The notes under the pieces: generated by a model | The model's database searches: none | What the model saw: only the letters and a program-made list of their open reading frames with translations | Told to the model about the DNA's origin: nothing | Made by a program: the position numbers and the translations under genes | Shown: positions 36,776-50,133 of the stretch, piece after piece | Layout of the letters: each line of letters opens with the position of its first letter | How positions within the stretch are numbered: the stretch's first letter is position 1 | Assembly: GCF_006345805.1 (NCBI RefSeq) | Contig: NC_043020.1 | Location: 29,760,001 to 29,824,000, forward strand | Direction: 5' to 3' | DNA: 64,000 bases | Source of the DNA: Octopus sinensis | Lineage: Eukaryota

Positions 36776-37511
36776 GTAAGAAAAACCTCTCTTTCTCTCT
36801 CTCTTTCATATCTCGTCTCATTTTTTCACCCACTTATTCTTGGGAGGATCCTCAGGGCAGCCTTCTGTTGCCCCCTGTCTGAAGCAACAGTCACTACTTG
36901 ATCTGGCTGGATTGCCAAGCAAGATCAACGGAGCTTAAGGACATGTTGCTATCCAACCATCTTGCTCTTGATCTGCCCTGGGTCTCCTGCTGATTGGTTT
37001 TCCTTGTAAAAACCTGTCCATTGATTCATTCCCCGAGGCATTCTTACCCCATGTCCATGGTGTTAGAGCTGTGATCTCTTAGTTCTGACAAGTAGCAGCT
37101 CTACCTGGAATGCTGCTTCTCTGATCTCCCAGTTACACAGTCTACAAGTAATGTTATTTCACAGGAACCCCTGTTTGTATTCAGGAATCATACTCCTTCA
37201 GTCATTCCTCAAGAGACATAGCCACTCTCTCTCATACATGTGTGTGTGTGTGTGTGTGTATGTGTGTGTAAAGTTATTTATAAAAGCAATTTAGCATTAA
37301 ACTGAAGAATTATTCAATACCTTTTAACAGAATGTGTTTATTAAACTTTAACAAAAAGAAAGGTGATCTTCAAGTTTCAGTGTGCTAGCCTTTGTCAAGC
37401 TCGTGTGTGTGTATTTTTTTCCGTCCAAAAGGGTTTTGCAATATTCACATACTATTTATAGCTTTATGTGCTTTGAGATTCACTCTTCCAAAAAAAAAAA
37501 GATTTATATAT

Positions 37512-37565
<54 letters not shown>

Positions 37566-37923
37566 AGACACAATGTATGGTTTCAAGTAATCCAGCCATA
37601 CTCATAAGAAAAGCTCTTTAATGTATGATTCTACAAAACATATGGAATATATAATATAAGAGAGAAAAGGATGAGGAGAAATGAATAAAGTCATTAAATG
37701 ACTGAGAAGCAATTTGATGAAATTTTATTTAGCAATAAGAAAATTCAAACATCACAACCAATTGTTTCGTAACTTAAAGACATGTGCAAATGTGTGTAAA
37801 TGTAATCAGTTTAATTTTTTACACCAAGATTATCAAAAGATCATTTAATTTAGCTCGTTCTTGTTTATTCCCTAATTTTAATTATTTCTAATCTAATATT
37901 AAAATCCCTTTTTTTAATTTCAG

Positions 37924-38010
37924 CTTAAAGTCTCTCAAGGTCTTGGTCGTTTCATTCCTATGCCTCCCTTTGCTGAAACTGTATATGGACGTGTTGAAGG
38001 TCGCGAACGT
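37924..38010 (+). CDS. DPYS: DHP/CRMP coding exon L
   Basis: tttcag|CTT...CGT|gtaagt. LKVSQGLGRFIPMPPFAETVYGRVEGRER. 87 nt. Confidence 0.95.
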
Positions 38011-38409
38011 GTAAGTATTGGACACTTCTTTGAGGATCTTTCAATTAGAAATACAGGAAAATTTTTCAGTCATTTTTTTCCCCTGTTTGTGAATTTATTA
38101 GGGGTTTTCTGCACTCTCTTTGATCTCGTTTGCATCAAATATGTTGTTAATTTGTAAAAATGGCATTTGACAGGACATGGTGAGTGTGTCGACTGCAAAT
38201 ACATTAACAGTATATTGGGAAGTGGGTTTAACATGTTAGCAACTTTTCATAGTGGCGTCTCCAAACCTCTCTTTGCAGCCTCGTTTAGTGCAAGTGTACC
38301 AGCATCCATGCGGACACATTTCTCTCCTACATCACAATTCTCTCTCACACACTGTCTTGCAACATGAAATACCTCAAGTCTTTGGTCCTCATTGCGCAGT
38401 ACATTGGCA

Positions 38410-38449
<40 letters not shown>

Positions 38450-38451
38450 GT

Positions 38452-38757
38452 GGAGGCGCAATGGCCCAGTGGTTAGGGCAGCGGACTCGCGGTCGTAGGA
38501 TCGCGGTTTCGATTTCCAGGCCAGGCGTTGTGAGTGTTTATTGAGCGAAAACACTTAAAAGCTCCACGAGCTCCGGCAGGGGATGGTGGCGGTCCCTGCT
38601 GTACTCTTTCTCTCACTCTTTCTTCTGTTGGCCTGCTCGCTTAGCCAGTGGGATGGCGTCATTTGAAGGAAAATACAATGCGAAGCGCATTGTGACCAGC
38701 GATGTGTGGCAAGCAACATCTGATAGCCTGGTTGGTCACGGTGATCACGGTGATATA
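38452..38757 (+). mobile_element. tRNA-derived SINE (family B variant)
   Basis: tggcccagtggttagggcagcggactcgcgg...gtttcgatttcc head and gagcgaaaacac, homologous to 34019-34328. Different 3' tail ending ggtcacggtgat. Confidence 0.8.
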
Positions 38758-39221
38758 TGTACATATGTGGGTGGCTTATTAGCAATTTAATTACCTAAAA
38801 GCAAATTTGTCACTTTAGTGGTGTCTATATATTCATCATCATCATCATTTAACGTCCGTTGTCCATACTGGCATGGGTTGGATGGTTTGACCAGAGCTGG
38901 GGAGCTGCACCATGTTCTAGTGTGATTTGGTACAGTTTCTATAGCTGGATGCCCTTCCTAATGCCAACCACTTTACAGTGTGTGCTGGGTGCTTTTACAT
39001 GGCACCCCCAGAAGAATCGGTTGTAATGCTGCCACTGTGGAGAACAGGTTTTCTTGAGTGCGGCAAAGCATAAACAAAAAAAACAATTTAATTGTAACTT
39101 ACGATGCATCTTATATAGGAGATATATTTTGCATTATTGGTTTACCCAGAATTAGAGGTGCACCTTGTACATGAGTGCATATGATACAATTATACAATAA
39201 TATTCTGTTTGTGTTCTTTAG

Positions 39222-39408
39222 GCAAGGATGCCCAAAAAGGTTGATCGTGAGCCGTACACTGGAACTGTTGTTGAAATTATGGCTCCTGAGGAATTTGACA
39301 CAAGGAAGTCGGACAATCCTATTCTACAGGATCCTCAACCATTCCATGCCCGACCACTTACTCGAAGCGGTGCTCGCAACCAGCAAGACTCTAGCTTTAC
39401 ATTGAGTG
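39222..39408 (+). CDS. DPYS: DHP/CRMP coding exon M (start of C-terminal tail)
   Basis: ctttag|GCA...AGTG|gtaagt. ARMPKKVDREPYTGTVVEIMAPEEFDTRKSDNPILQDPQPFHARPLTRSGARNQQDSSFTLS(G). 187 nt, phase 0 to 1. Confidence 0.93.
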
Positions 39409-39499
39409 GTAAGTCACGCTTCAGTTATTCAACTTTCTTACAAATGTTCCTCCTTAATCTTCCCCTTGGATTCTTGCACCAGAAGAGCAGAATTTTCTT

Positions 39500-39670
39500 T
39501 CAATCCTTTAGTATTTAATCCAGCCAAATCCGGCCCCTCAAACCTTAAAAATATCATTCTAAAAATAAACAAGGACATCATTGAAACTTCAAAGCTACAA
39601 AATAAATTCAAAACAATTTGAATAAATAAGCTTTTCACTTCTCAGAGGAATCTGAATTCTAAGGGGTTAA
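39500..39670. mobile_element. piggyBac-like MITE (TTAA-CCCT...AGGG-TTAA type ends)
   Basis: caatcctttagtatttaa...ctgaattctaaggggttaa. Homologous to 50777-50892 and 55439-55664; related ttaaccctt ends at 18661 and 25809. Confidence 0.5.
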
Positions 39671-42600
39671 ACATGATATTAAAGTAATTGTTTTATGAAA
39701 GAAAGCTATTTCTTCAACAATGAAAATTTAAAACCCCTTTTTTTTTATTTATCTTTGTCTCATTGGACAGCAGCCATGCTGGAGCACCACCCTTTTCAGG
39801 TTTAGACAAACAAATCAACCCCAGTACTTTTTCTTTTTAAAGTCGGGTACTTATTTAATCAATCTATGTTGCCAAACCATCAAATATTTAATTAACGAAG
39901 TTATTAACACCATCATCATCACCCTTTAACGTTTACTGTCCTTGCTTGAATGGGGTCAGAGGGAATTTGTTGAGGCAGGTTTCCTACACCCTGATTCCTT
40001 TCCGTCACCAATCTTTACCTTGTTTTCCAAGTAAGGTAATATTTCCACAAGACCAGACCTGTTCTTGTGGAAGACTGGACGTGAACAACATCACACTTAC
40101 GACGACGATGCTCGTCTTACAAACCATCACATGGGCTTGTTTCAGTTTCTCTCTTCCAAATTCCTTTACAAGGCTTTGGCTTTGAAGAAGGCGCTCAAGG
40201 TGCCATGCAATGGAACTGAACCCAAAGCCATGTGGTTGAGAAGCAAACTTCTTCAGCACAAACCCACAAACCACACCTGTCCTGTTAATAATGGCAAGAA
40301 TATTACCTCTTTCTTTTTTTCTTTTGTAAACCATTTCTTATTGTGCTTTACAGCACATTGGTGCCTCTCCACATCTGCTAGGATCTCTGCTTTCTCTTGA
40401 CAGTTTTCTAGCATTCTTTGTGGAGATGAGGTGACAGCCTGATGCTCAACCCCCTTCAAGATACCCTGAGTGGTCCCCTTTCATCATCTCATATCACAGC
40501 TTCGTTGACTGCAACTAGAGTTTCCCCTATTTTTTTGTATCTGATCCAAATGTCTTACCATTTTGTCATTCACAAGTTTCACATCTTTTACCAATCTTTG
40601 TATTGTTTATTTTGTTTTTTTTTCTCTTTCCCTTGATCGTCAAAAAAACTAAAAAGATTTTTTCTTCTTTTTGGTACCAGTTTTTTGATTCCTTGGCTTC
40701 AAATGCTTTTCTCTCTTTTTTTTTCATTTTAATTGTATTAATTGATTTTTATCTTGATTTGCATCTGTGTGATTTATTTTTTGTTTATTTTACATGTAAA
40801 AGGAAACCTGGAATCTGGCTATATTCAAGGAAAAGACCTTTGGTTAAGCTAATCCCTTATGTAGTATAAGACCTATTCTGAGTGACTTCACAGACATACC
40901 TCAAAGGTGCATCTATAGCCACACCTCTATAGACACCTCAAATATAGCCAATACAGTATTAGCTATTACCTTTAGCGAACTATATTAAAATTTCCCTCCA
41001 CTACAATTTGATCTCAAGTTATTTGCACTTTTTCATGCAGTTAAGTTTGTGTGATACAAGATCATTATTTTTAATGTTCGTTTTTTTTTCTTGTTTTTTA
41101 TACAGTTAATTAAGTAAACGATCTGTATCGTTATCCTCATTTTACATCTGCTTTGCATGCAAACATAGACTGCACTGATCAAATGAATTTTTCTTGTTCA
41201 ATCATTCCACTTAAGGCATGATTTCAATGGTTAGGTGGCCTCCCAAAAACCAACCATCTCCCACTATGTCCTGGGGTGAATTCTATTGAGTCACTGGCAC
41301 ACAAGAGCATATCTTTGCCCAGCAAAACTTGAGTTTAGTATAATCTTAATTTGTCCCCGTTCCTTCACCATCCGTCTCGGAGGGAACTGAAAGCATTTCT
41401 TCGTAGTACCAACACTTGTGGTGTTGCTTTGTGCTCCACAAGACTAAAAGAGTCTTCATTGCTTTGAGCTGTCTCCATTCTTTAAAGGCAACATGACCAA
41501 ATGGTTAGAATTTATGGTCATAGGTGTGTGAGTTCGATTCCTGAACTGGGCAGTGCATTGTATCCTTGACTAAGACACTTCATTTCTTTCCTACAGCTAC
41601 AGTCAAATTTCTGCCTCACACTGAGGGAGTAATTATCTCCCTTTATATCAATAACCCTGCAGAGGGCACCACATGCATCTATGTAAGAGATATGCTTTTA
41701 GTTCGTTATTATTTGCTAATGAGAATTTCAGAAAATAACAGGAATGAAAAATGGTTAGTGGAACCAAATAGAGCCACTTAAATAGATGTTTTAGCCATTG
41801 TTTTCTACATGATTCATAGCTTATGGCATTTGTTGACTTTTTCTTTGTTCAAGTTAAAGGCTGAGACCATGTAAATATATTCGTTAATTCTCCAACCACT
41901 AGGCACCATACTCTCTATCAATCTATCTATCTATCTATCTCTCTCTGTCTGTCTATCTCTATCTCTCCAGTTGTAGAGTAATGTACATAAAGTACCCAAG
42001 AGGAAACCGTTATCATATTATATTAATGTCAGGACACTCATAAATTCTTCCACCAGTTCTAGACACCTCAGTCTCTCTCTTGTGGTAGGTAGGGTGATGC
42101 ACATAAATCTCTAAGTTGTCCACTTCCTGACCATCACAATCCTTCAATTCTTAGTCTAATTCTCTCAATAAAAAAATTAGAAAATAGTAATATCATTAGA
42201 ATATCATGTATGTATATATATCTACATATATATATATATGTGTATGTGTGTGTATTATACATCAGTGTGAATAACTTCTACCAATGTAATTTAAGTCAGA
42301 ATTGATGAATTACCTTGCTTTGCTCTTATTTATTTGGCTTTGCTTTTCTATAGAATTCTTCAGAAGTTCCATTGCTGCCTTCATGGAGAGATTTCTATTT
42401 AGAATTCCGTTGTGCTTCTGTGTTTTCCTTTGCTTAAGGCTCTTCCCTAAATGTTCAATTTGTTCTCTTTGACAGCAATTTTATGCTTTATTTGCTAATT
42501 TAAACCATTTCCAGAGAACACTTTTTTTTCTTCCTTATTTCTCTTTTTTCTTTTGTCATAAGCAATGGCTTTCCTGGCTTATGCGACACTAAAAAAAAAA

Positions 42601-45600
42601 TACAATAAAACAAGGCAATGCCTTGTATATTAAGCATTTTATTTTTTTTGTCTTGACTATGAAAAATAAAATGAAGACACCAATTTGCTGGTCAACAAGC
42701 AGGAAATTTTAAATGGTCGATGCTCTTTCTTGTATTTAATTTTAGCCAAACCGTTTGCTGGACCTGAAGTTTGGACTCACTGTCTGCGTTCCGCTATTTG
42801 TTGCAAAGTCTAGAACAAACTTTTATTTCACCATAAATTGCTGTCATTGACCATTAAATGCTGAAATAGGTAATAAGCTAACGATCTGAGCAATGCCACC
42901 CCCACTGTAGTTGATACTTCTAGGCTTAATTAATGGAACTATAATTAGGGACAACCTTAACGATGTGACTGTGTAAGGCAAAAACGTGTTCTTTCACTCG
43001 CTCTCTCTCTTTCTTTCTTACTTCCTGTCTCTCTCTTTCTCTATCTCTGGCAAAGGATGAAATGAACAATGAAATTCCAGCCACGTAAGATATGCCAGCA
43101 GCCGGCAGTAAATTCATTCCGTTCTAAACTAACCCTCACTAACACTTGACTCAATCAATCATGGAATATTTTTTTTCCAGTTGGCAAAGCTTTAACCTAA
43201 AAATTTTCATTTCTCAATAGAACAAGGAAATAACCAACGAAGGAGGGATTATCATTCAAACAGTGAGTAGGCCCCTTTCCAATGCACCACTCATCTTGGC
43301 TGATTTGAGCTTTCTAGCAACTCTAGAATGGACTGAGTGACTCGTCTCTCAACTGCCAAAACAAACCTTCCTGATAATTCTTCATATAAATATATCTTCA
43401 CATATCTCCTCGGTTTTTTTTTTTTTTTTTTTCAATGACTTTTCTAATAACCTTTTTGATTACATTTTTTGTATTAATTTTCACAGCTTCATATCATAAC
43501 ATGGCAGCATCTCAGTGAATGTTCTTTATTACTCACTCATTTTCTAGATTATTCTACAAGTTCTTACATCGGTAGATCCATACTGGAAAACCCCTTGGGA
43601 TGTCTCTCTCATCATAAACATCATTTTCCAATCAAATTATCATAGATTTTTGTTTTTTCATACAAATTATTCCATCCATTTGATCAGCATCTCATTTTAC
43701 TCACAAATCATCATCATTCCTTCTTCCACTATCACCATTTATTATTGCTAGGGCGGCAAACTGGAAGAATCGTTAGAACGACAGGCAAAATGCTTAGCAG
43801 CATTTCTTCCGTCTCTTCATTCTGAGTTCAAATCCTACCAAGGTCAACTTTGCCTTTCATCCTTTCGGGGTCAGTAGAATAAGTACCGGTCAAATTCTGG
43901 AGTCAGTGTAGCCCCCCTCCCTACAAATTTCAGGCCTTGTACCTGTAGCAGAAAGGACTGCAGAAATGTTTGACCCCTTCCAATAGCTTTGTGCTATTTC
44001 TTCCAACTCTTTACATTCTGGGTTCAGATTTGAATTGCATCAAGGTTGATTTTGCCTTTCATCCTTTTGGAGTTGACAAAATAATTACCTGTTATCTACT
44101 GGGGGTTGAAGTAATCGACTTCCCCCTCCTGTGCAAAAAAAAAAAAAAGGTGGCCCAGTGCCAAAATTTGAACCCATCGTCAATATTGTATTAATATATT
44201 TTTCTTTTCTATTTAATGAAAGAATTTCTCCTGTTGCAAAGTCCCTTTAAAACAGCAGATATTTAACCGTTTAAGGCCCCCCCCCCCTGATTCCTTCAGA
44301 CATCTGCTTCTGATAACACAAGTCAGGTTTTTATATTTTCATCGTTTGAGCTAAATTGAAGCCAATTAGAAATTTAGGGAAATCTTTAGAAACTAGAAAC
44401 TGCTGAATGCTGTCCCAATACAAACCCACCACTTTCCAAATGTGGGACCAGCTGATAGCCTTGAAATATTTTCTTTTAGAATCTTTTTTAGAATCACAGA
44501 TACATTTAAATGTCATACCATATACATTATGTGTATATATATTCTTTTGAAGGATTTGAGCGATTTCTTTACCCTCAAGTTGCTTTATGAAACAGCTTCC
44601 TCCTCATTTTTACATCATCTTAACTCTTCAGTGACCCCTTTTTTTCGGTTGGTAGCTTCTGAGCCCACAGCAGCCAATTTGACTTCTGAAAAAGAAAGAT
44701 TTTTTTCTTTTGGGTGTTGTAAATAGTTTTATTATTTATTTATTTATTTATTGGTTGATTGTTTTGGTGACAGGGATTTTGTTTTGGGTTTTTTTTTAAT
44801 CCTGATACTTTTCAGGGAAGTTTTATTTTCCCCCTGTTCCTGCTAAACATTTTCGTTATAGTTTTAGTATTTTAAAAAAAGGGCAATAAAGAAAAATAAC
44901 TTTTTGTGTATTTCTTGCTAATTAATGTTGGCTTATTTTGTTTTATTTTTAAAAACAATATTTTTTTTTTTCTAAATACACATTGTGGTTTTATTGTTGG
45001 TGTTTGACTACATTTTTAAAAAATATAACTAATCTAAGGTTGATTTTTTTTTTTTTTCTGTTTTTACTTCAGTGGGGGTAGGAGAAAAAAAAACATTTAA
45101 AAAAAAAAACTAGGATTTGAAATAATGAGTCTTTCTGCATGTTTTGATGAGCAATTTTCCCTCTAGAATTACTGGTAGTATTAATAAATTTGTGTTAGTA
45201 ACTCCAGCAGTTCCAGTTAAACTTTCAGCTCAACCCAATTGCTTTTTGTTCTCCGCACACACACACAAGTCTTTATATTTCTTGAGCTTCTTTATGGAAT
45301 TATTGATTTGCATGTCAACGAGTGTGGTGGTCGTGTGTAGATTTCCTGCAGTTGATGCTAGTCATGTGGACATCGGCTGTTTAGTTCAGAATGGTCAGTA
45401 TTGTGCATGCTGTATATACTAATGTGTGTGTAATGTTAGTGAAGACAACTGCTATTATTACTACTATAACTAGCACCGGTAATAATATATTTTAAACCTC
45501 ACCAGGTTTAGACTTAGACCCTTTTATTTAGACGAGTTCATTTTGAAGGTGTGTGAAATGGCTAAAGTTTGCATACATCATTACATACCTTCTCAGGTGA

Positions 45601-46905
45601 ATTTTTTAAAACAAAAACTACTCATTAGAATTCTCAGTCATAATAGAAATACTTTTGTGGTGAATGTCGTAACCAATTCCTCTCTTTGATGTTTAAGGAC
45701 ATCATTTAAACTCTGGAGTTGAGAGTGCATCGTTTGCTGTGCATAGTTCGCATGTGGCTAGGTTTTAGTGCAAATGTAGCAGTGCACAAGGTTAGTTTAA
45801 TTAAAGCTAATTAAGGTATAATTTGATTGATGTTAAGTTGAAGTATTGTATATTAGCTGTTTGAGAAAAATATGGACAAGATTATGGTTCTGGAGAAGTG
45901 TTTCATTTGTAATTTAAATAGGAATTATTTTTAGTACAAGTATGAGAGGAGACTGAACAGTGCTCCAGCATGGCTGCAGCTCTTGGGCTGGAACTAGTAA
46001 AAGAATAAATAAAATGATATATTTTGTGAGGAAGGGTAAAGAGTTTGTCAAATAGCTGAGGCTATCAGACAATAAAATGAGGCAACAGAGTTTTGGATGA
46101 GCCATTATTTGGAGAATGCTTGTTGGGTTCAGTTTTACACGTGTTGTGTGTTTGTATTTCTGTATTGTTCTGACACTCATTGTTGACAAAAATGGTTGTC
46201 TGGGCTTTTCAGACGGTTTTAGGAAAGTGTGGGGTCCATATGTGAACAAAGCTTTTATGCTGAAAGCAAAGAAGAAATACAATCTGATGTTTAAACTGCC
46301 TCTGTGTGTGTGTTTGTGTTATTAAGTGTTTAATATTTCAAAAGCAGTCATCATCATTTTAACGTCCACTTTTCTATGCCGGCATGGATCCGATGGAATT
46401 TATTGAGGCAAATCTTCTATGACCGGATGCCCATCCTGTTGCCAACCCTCACATGTTTTCACAGAATATGTGGAACGAATGGTATTCATTTACAACTATC
46501 AGGCAACACCAAATCAAAGAATCACACATACATTCATATGTTGGGCTTCTTTCAGTTTCCATCTACCAAATTCATTTACAATTCTTTGATTGACCTCTAG
46601 CTATAGCAGATGACCGCTTGCCCAAGGTGTCACACTCATGTCTGCACCTGTCACATCTGTGTGCCTCAGTAGCATGGTAGGCAGCTGGTCAGTCTCAATA
46701 TCTTCGAAAAGCAATCAAAATATAAATGTAACTTATTCAATTAAATACACTTGGTTTTTCAAGATTCCTGCTGATATCCCCCATGCGGTGTGTTTTTATT
46801 TCATTCTCCCCCCCTCCTCCATTTGTTTGCTGTGTTAAATATGTCTAATATAATGGATTATAGTGTGTTTTATTGTAGAATGTATGGTATTTATAATCAC
46901 AAAGT

Positions 46906-47150
46906 GGAGGTGCGTGGCTTAGTGGTTCAGGTGTTGAACTCATGATCGTAAGATTGTGGTTTCGATTCCTGGACTGGGTGATGCGATGTCTTCTTGAGCA
47001 AAACACTTCATTTCACGTTGCTCCAGTTCACTCAGCTGGCAAAAATGAGTAATCCTGCGACGGACCAGTGTCTCGTCCAGGTGGGGAATTTCTACGCTAC
47101 TGAAACCGAGATACCGGCCCTTATGAGCCTGGCATGGCTCGAGAAGGAAC
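46906..47150 (+). mobile_element. tRNA-derived SINE (family B)
   Basis: TGGCTTAGTGG A-box, GTTTCGATTCC B-box, ttgagcaaaacacttc core and a gctcgagaaggaac end. Confidence 0.8.
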
Positions 47151-48517
47151 ATTTTTTTTTTACAATTACAAAACCCATTCAAGTGTGTTCATTGATAAAT
47201 ATGTTTGTAAAAGTCATGCATGAAAAATATAAACATATATTTAGTCTTATTTTGAAAATAAAACCTGTAGATGAACCACAAATAGTTTAGTGGCTTGAAG
47301 TGAGGACCAGGCTAACTGGTTTTGTCTCTCATTGAAGACTCATCAGAGATTGCTTACTTTGCTTTCTGTCTCATGAAGTTTAGAAATTTACTGCTTTATG
47401 CCAAAAAATGGAAATGGATTATAATGAAATTCTCATAGCAGACACAGCATACCCGTGGTGTTCTAGGATCAATCCCACTGTGCAATGCCTTGGACAAACA
47501 CCTTATATTTAAACTTCAGGCAGACCAATACTTTGTGAATGTGATTTGGTAAATGGAAACTATGCAGAAGCCCATTATGTGTGTGTGTTTACACCAGTCT
47601 AAAAGCTGGTGTTGTCTTATATCCCTTCCTGCCCTCTAATGTAACGGTTCATCAAATAGAGCTCGACAAATCAATACACCAGACTGAAAGTTAATTCCTG
47701 AAGGCCGTGCCCCAGCGGGATCACAGTTCAATGACTGAAATCAATAATAAAATCAATACAAAAATGACAGCTGGATACCGAGTTCAAATCCTGTCAAGGC
47801 CACCTTTACCTTACATCTTTTTAGGGGATCATTGTTATCAATTTCCATTTCATCTCAAAATTGCTGGCCTTGTGCCCAAAGAATTACTATTGAAGGCAGA
47901 GAGAGTTGGTGGAATGTCCTCTCAGCTCAAATCCTGCCAAAGTCTGTTTTGCTTTTCATCCTTTTAAGTACCAGTGAAGCACTAGGAGCAACCTAATCCC
48001 TTCCTAAAGTGGTTGGCTTTGTGCCACAATTTAGACACAATTTATATGGTATGGTGGATGCTAGTTTGTCATGGTGGTTTCTTAAATAGCTTGGACAACT
48101 TTTTTCTCTGGGTAATTAGTTGGGGGTGGATGACTTTATATCAAGAAAGTACACCAAACCAGATGGTCAAACTGCATTGGCCCTTTTGATAGCAACTGCC
48201 TGAGACAGCCCCTGCTTCTACAATACAAGCTCCCAGTTTTAAAGTAATCTAACTTAAAACCACCCATCAAGATGTCATATTCCTTTCAGTTCCAAATGTC
48301 AGCCTAATTAATGACAGAGATATTGTACTAAATTCTTTGTGGTTTTTTAATTAAGCAAGGCAGCAAATATATCCACAGAAATATGGTGCCAAAAGGGTTT
48401 AAGCATGCAGTCACCTCTGCTATTTCAAACTATCATGTAGTTTATCGTTAAAGTTAACGAATCCAGTTTTATTCCTCGTTAGTTTATATGAATTCAAACA
48501 CTTTGTAACATAACAAG

Positions 48518-49020
48518 TGTTTCTTGTGTTACAATGTTCGTGTCACAATGTTTCTTGTTACTTTATAAGGTTTGTTACATTTGTTTCTTGTGTTACAATG
48601 TTCATGTCGCAATGTTTCTTGTTACTTTATAAGGTTTGTTACACTTCTGTTTCTTGTGTTACAATGTTTGTTACACCGTTTATCTTTCAATGTTTGTTGC
48701 ATTGCTATGTTACAATCTTGTTACTTGTGAGATTACAATATTTTTTTAGGCTGTGTGTTACATTATTTGTTGGCACATTACTGTTATGTTACACTCTTTA
48801 TGTTGCAATATCTTTGTTGCTATGCCACAGTGTTTGTTACAATGTTTCTTGCGTTACAGTTCGTTATGTTACAATATATTTTGTTCGGTGTCACTGCTTG
48901 TTAGACTGTTATGTTACGTTTTTTTAAGTTATAAGAATTTTTGTTACAATGTTTCTTCTATGACAAGATGTTCTTGTTCAGTCGCAACGTGTTACAATGC
49001 TTATCACTCCTACGTTACAA
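48518..49020. repeat. Degenerate TGTTAC(A)-based minisatellite
   Basis: Two to three ~65-nt units (gtttcttgtgttacaatgttc...ataaggtttgttaca) decaying into scattered tgttac/gttacaat subunits. Confidence 0.8.
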
Positions 49021-49841
49021 AATCTTTCAAAACCTGTTCATCTCCACGTGTCATATTCACTAAAGGATGGATTGTAGGTATTTTACAGTAAAGGCTGTAA
49101 AACAAGCTAAGGACTGAGCCTGTACATGGACATATAGCTTGCTAGAAATAGAAGCCATGCCACCTTTAAAGAAATGGGAGGCTATATCAAATATATTGGC
49201 AAGTCTCAGTCGTATTCTAAAGAAACAAGGCATTGAGCTGGCAGAATGGTTAGCATGCTGGGCAAAATGTTTGGCTGCATTTCATTTGTGTTCGAATTCC
49301 ACTGAGGTTGACTTTGCCTTTTGGGGTCAGTAAATGAAGTACCAGCTGAACACTGGGGTCGATGTAACTGACTTACCTCCTTCCCCAAAATTTGCTGGCC
49401 TTGTGTCAAAATGTGAAAGCAATAGCTTTGCTTTCCCTTCAGTCATCAGAAACCTGTCCCTTTGAGAAGCATCATCTTCATTGTCCCTAGTCACAAATTC
49501 GGTCATTCGTGTTGTTTGTAAAATTCAATGAACCAAACAAGACAGTGAATATTCCCTCTTAAAAGTTGTCCTCCAAAATTGTAAATGAAATTGTACTTTG
49601 AAGTACATTTTTACACCCATTTTCCCTCGCTGGAATGGGCTAGACAAATAATATATATTACTGAGGCATGGTTTTCTGTCAAATGCTCTCTCTGTTGCTA
49701 ACCCTTATCTGTTTTTCAAGTAAGGGGTGTCTTATTCCACATGTATGGGAAAATGCAGAGCTTGTAGACTGCTTGTTCAGAGATTTTCAAAGGAGCACAA
49801 ATGCCAACATACATGCATGCATGTATATGTGTGTGTGTGTC

Positions 49842-50133
49842 TCATCATCATCATCGTTTAACGTCCATTCCCCATGCTAGCATAGGTTGGACGGTTCGAC
49901 CGGGGATCTGGGAAGCCAGAAGGCTGCATCAGGCCCAGTCTGATCTGGCAGTGTTTCTACGGCTGGATGCCCTTCCTAACGCCAACCACTCCGTGAGTGT
50001 AGTGGGTGCTTTTTACGTGCCACCTGCACAGGTGCCAGGTGAGGCTGGCAACGGCCACGGTCGGATTGGTGCATTTTACGTGCCACCGGCACGGAAACCA
50101 GTCGAGGCGGCGCTGGCATCGGCCACGATTCGG
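49842..50133 (-). mobile_element. RTE-like LINE 3' UTR copy
   Basis: Nearly identical to 63649-63986, so probably a young subfamily. Confidence 0.82.

Noticed and set aside
43056-43084. 29-nt exon candidate (ggcaaag|GATG...CCAC|gtaaga)
   Set aside because: The pyrimidine tract is a CT microsatellite and the acceptor is AAG. It would give an immediate stop after exon M, and I found no further support.
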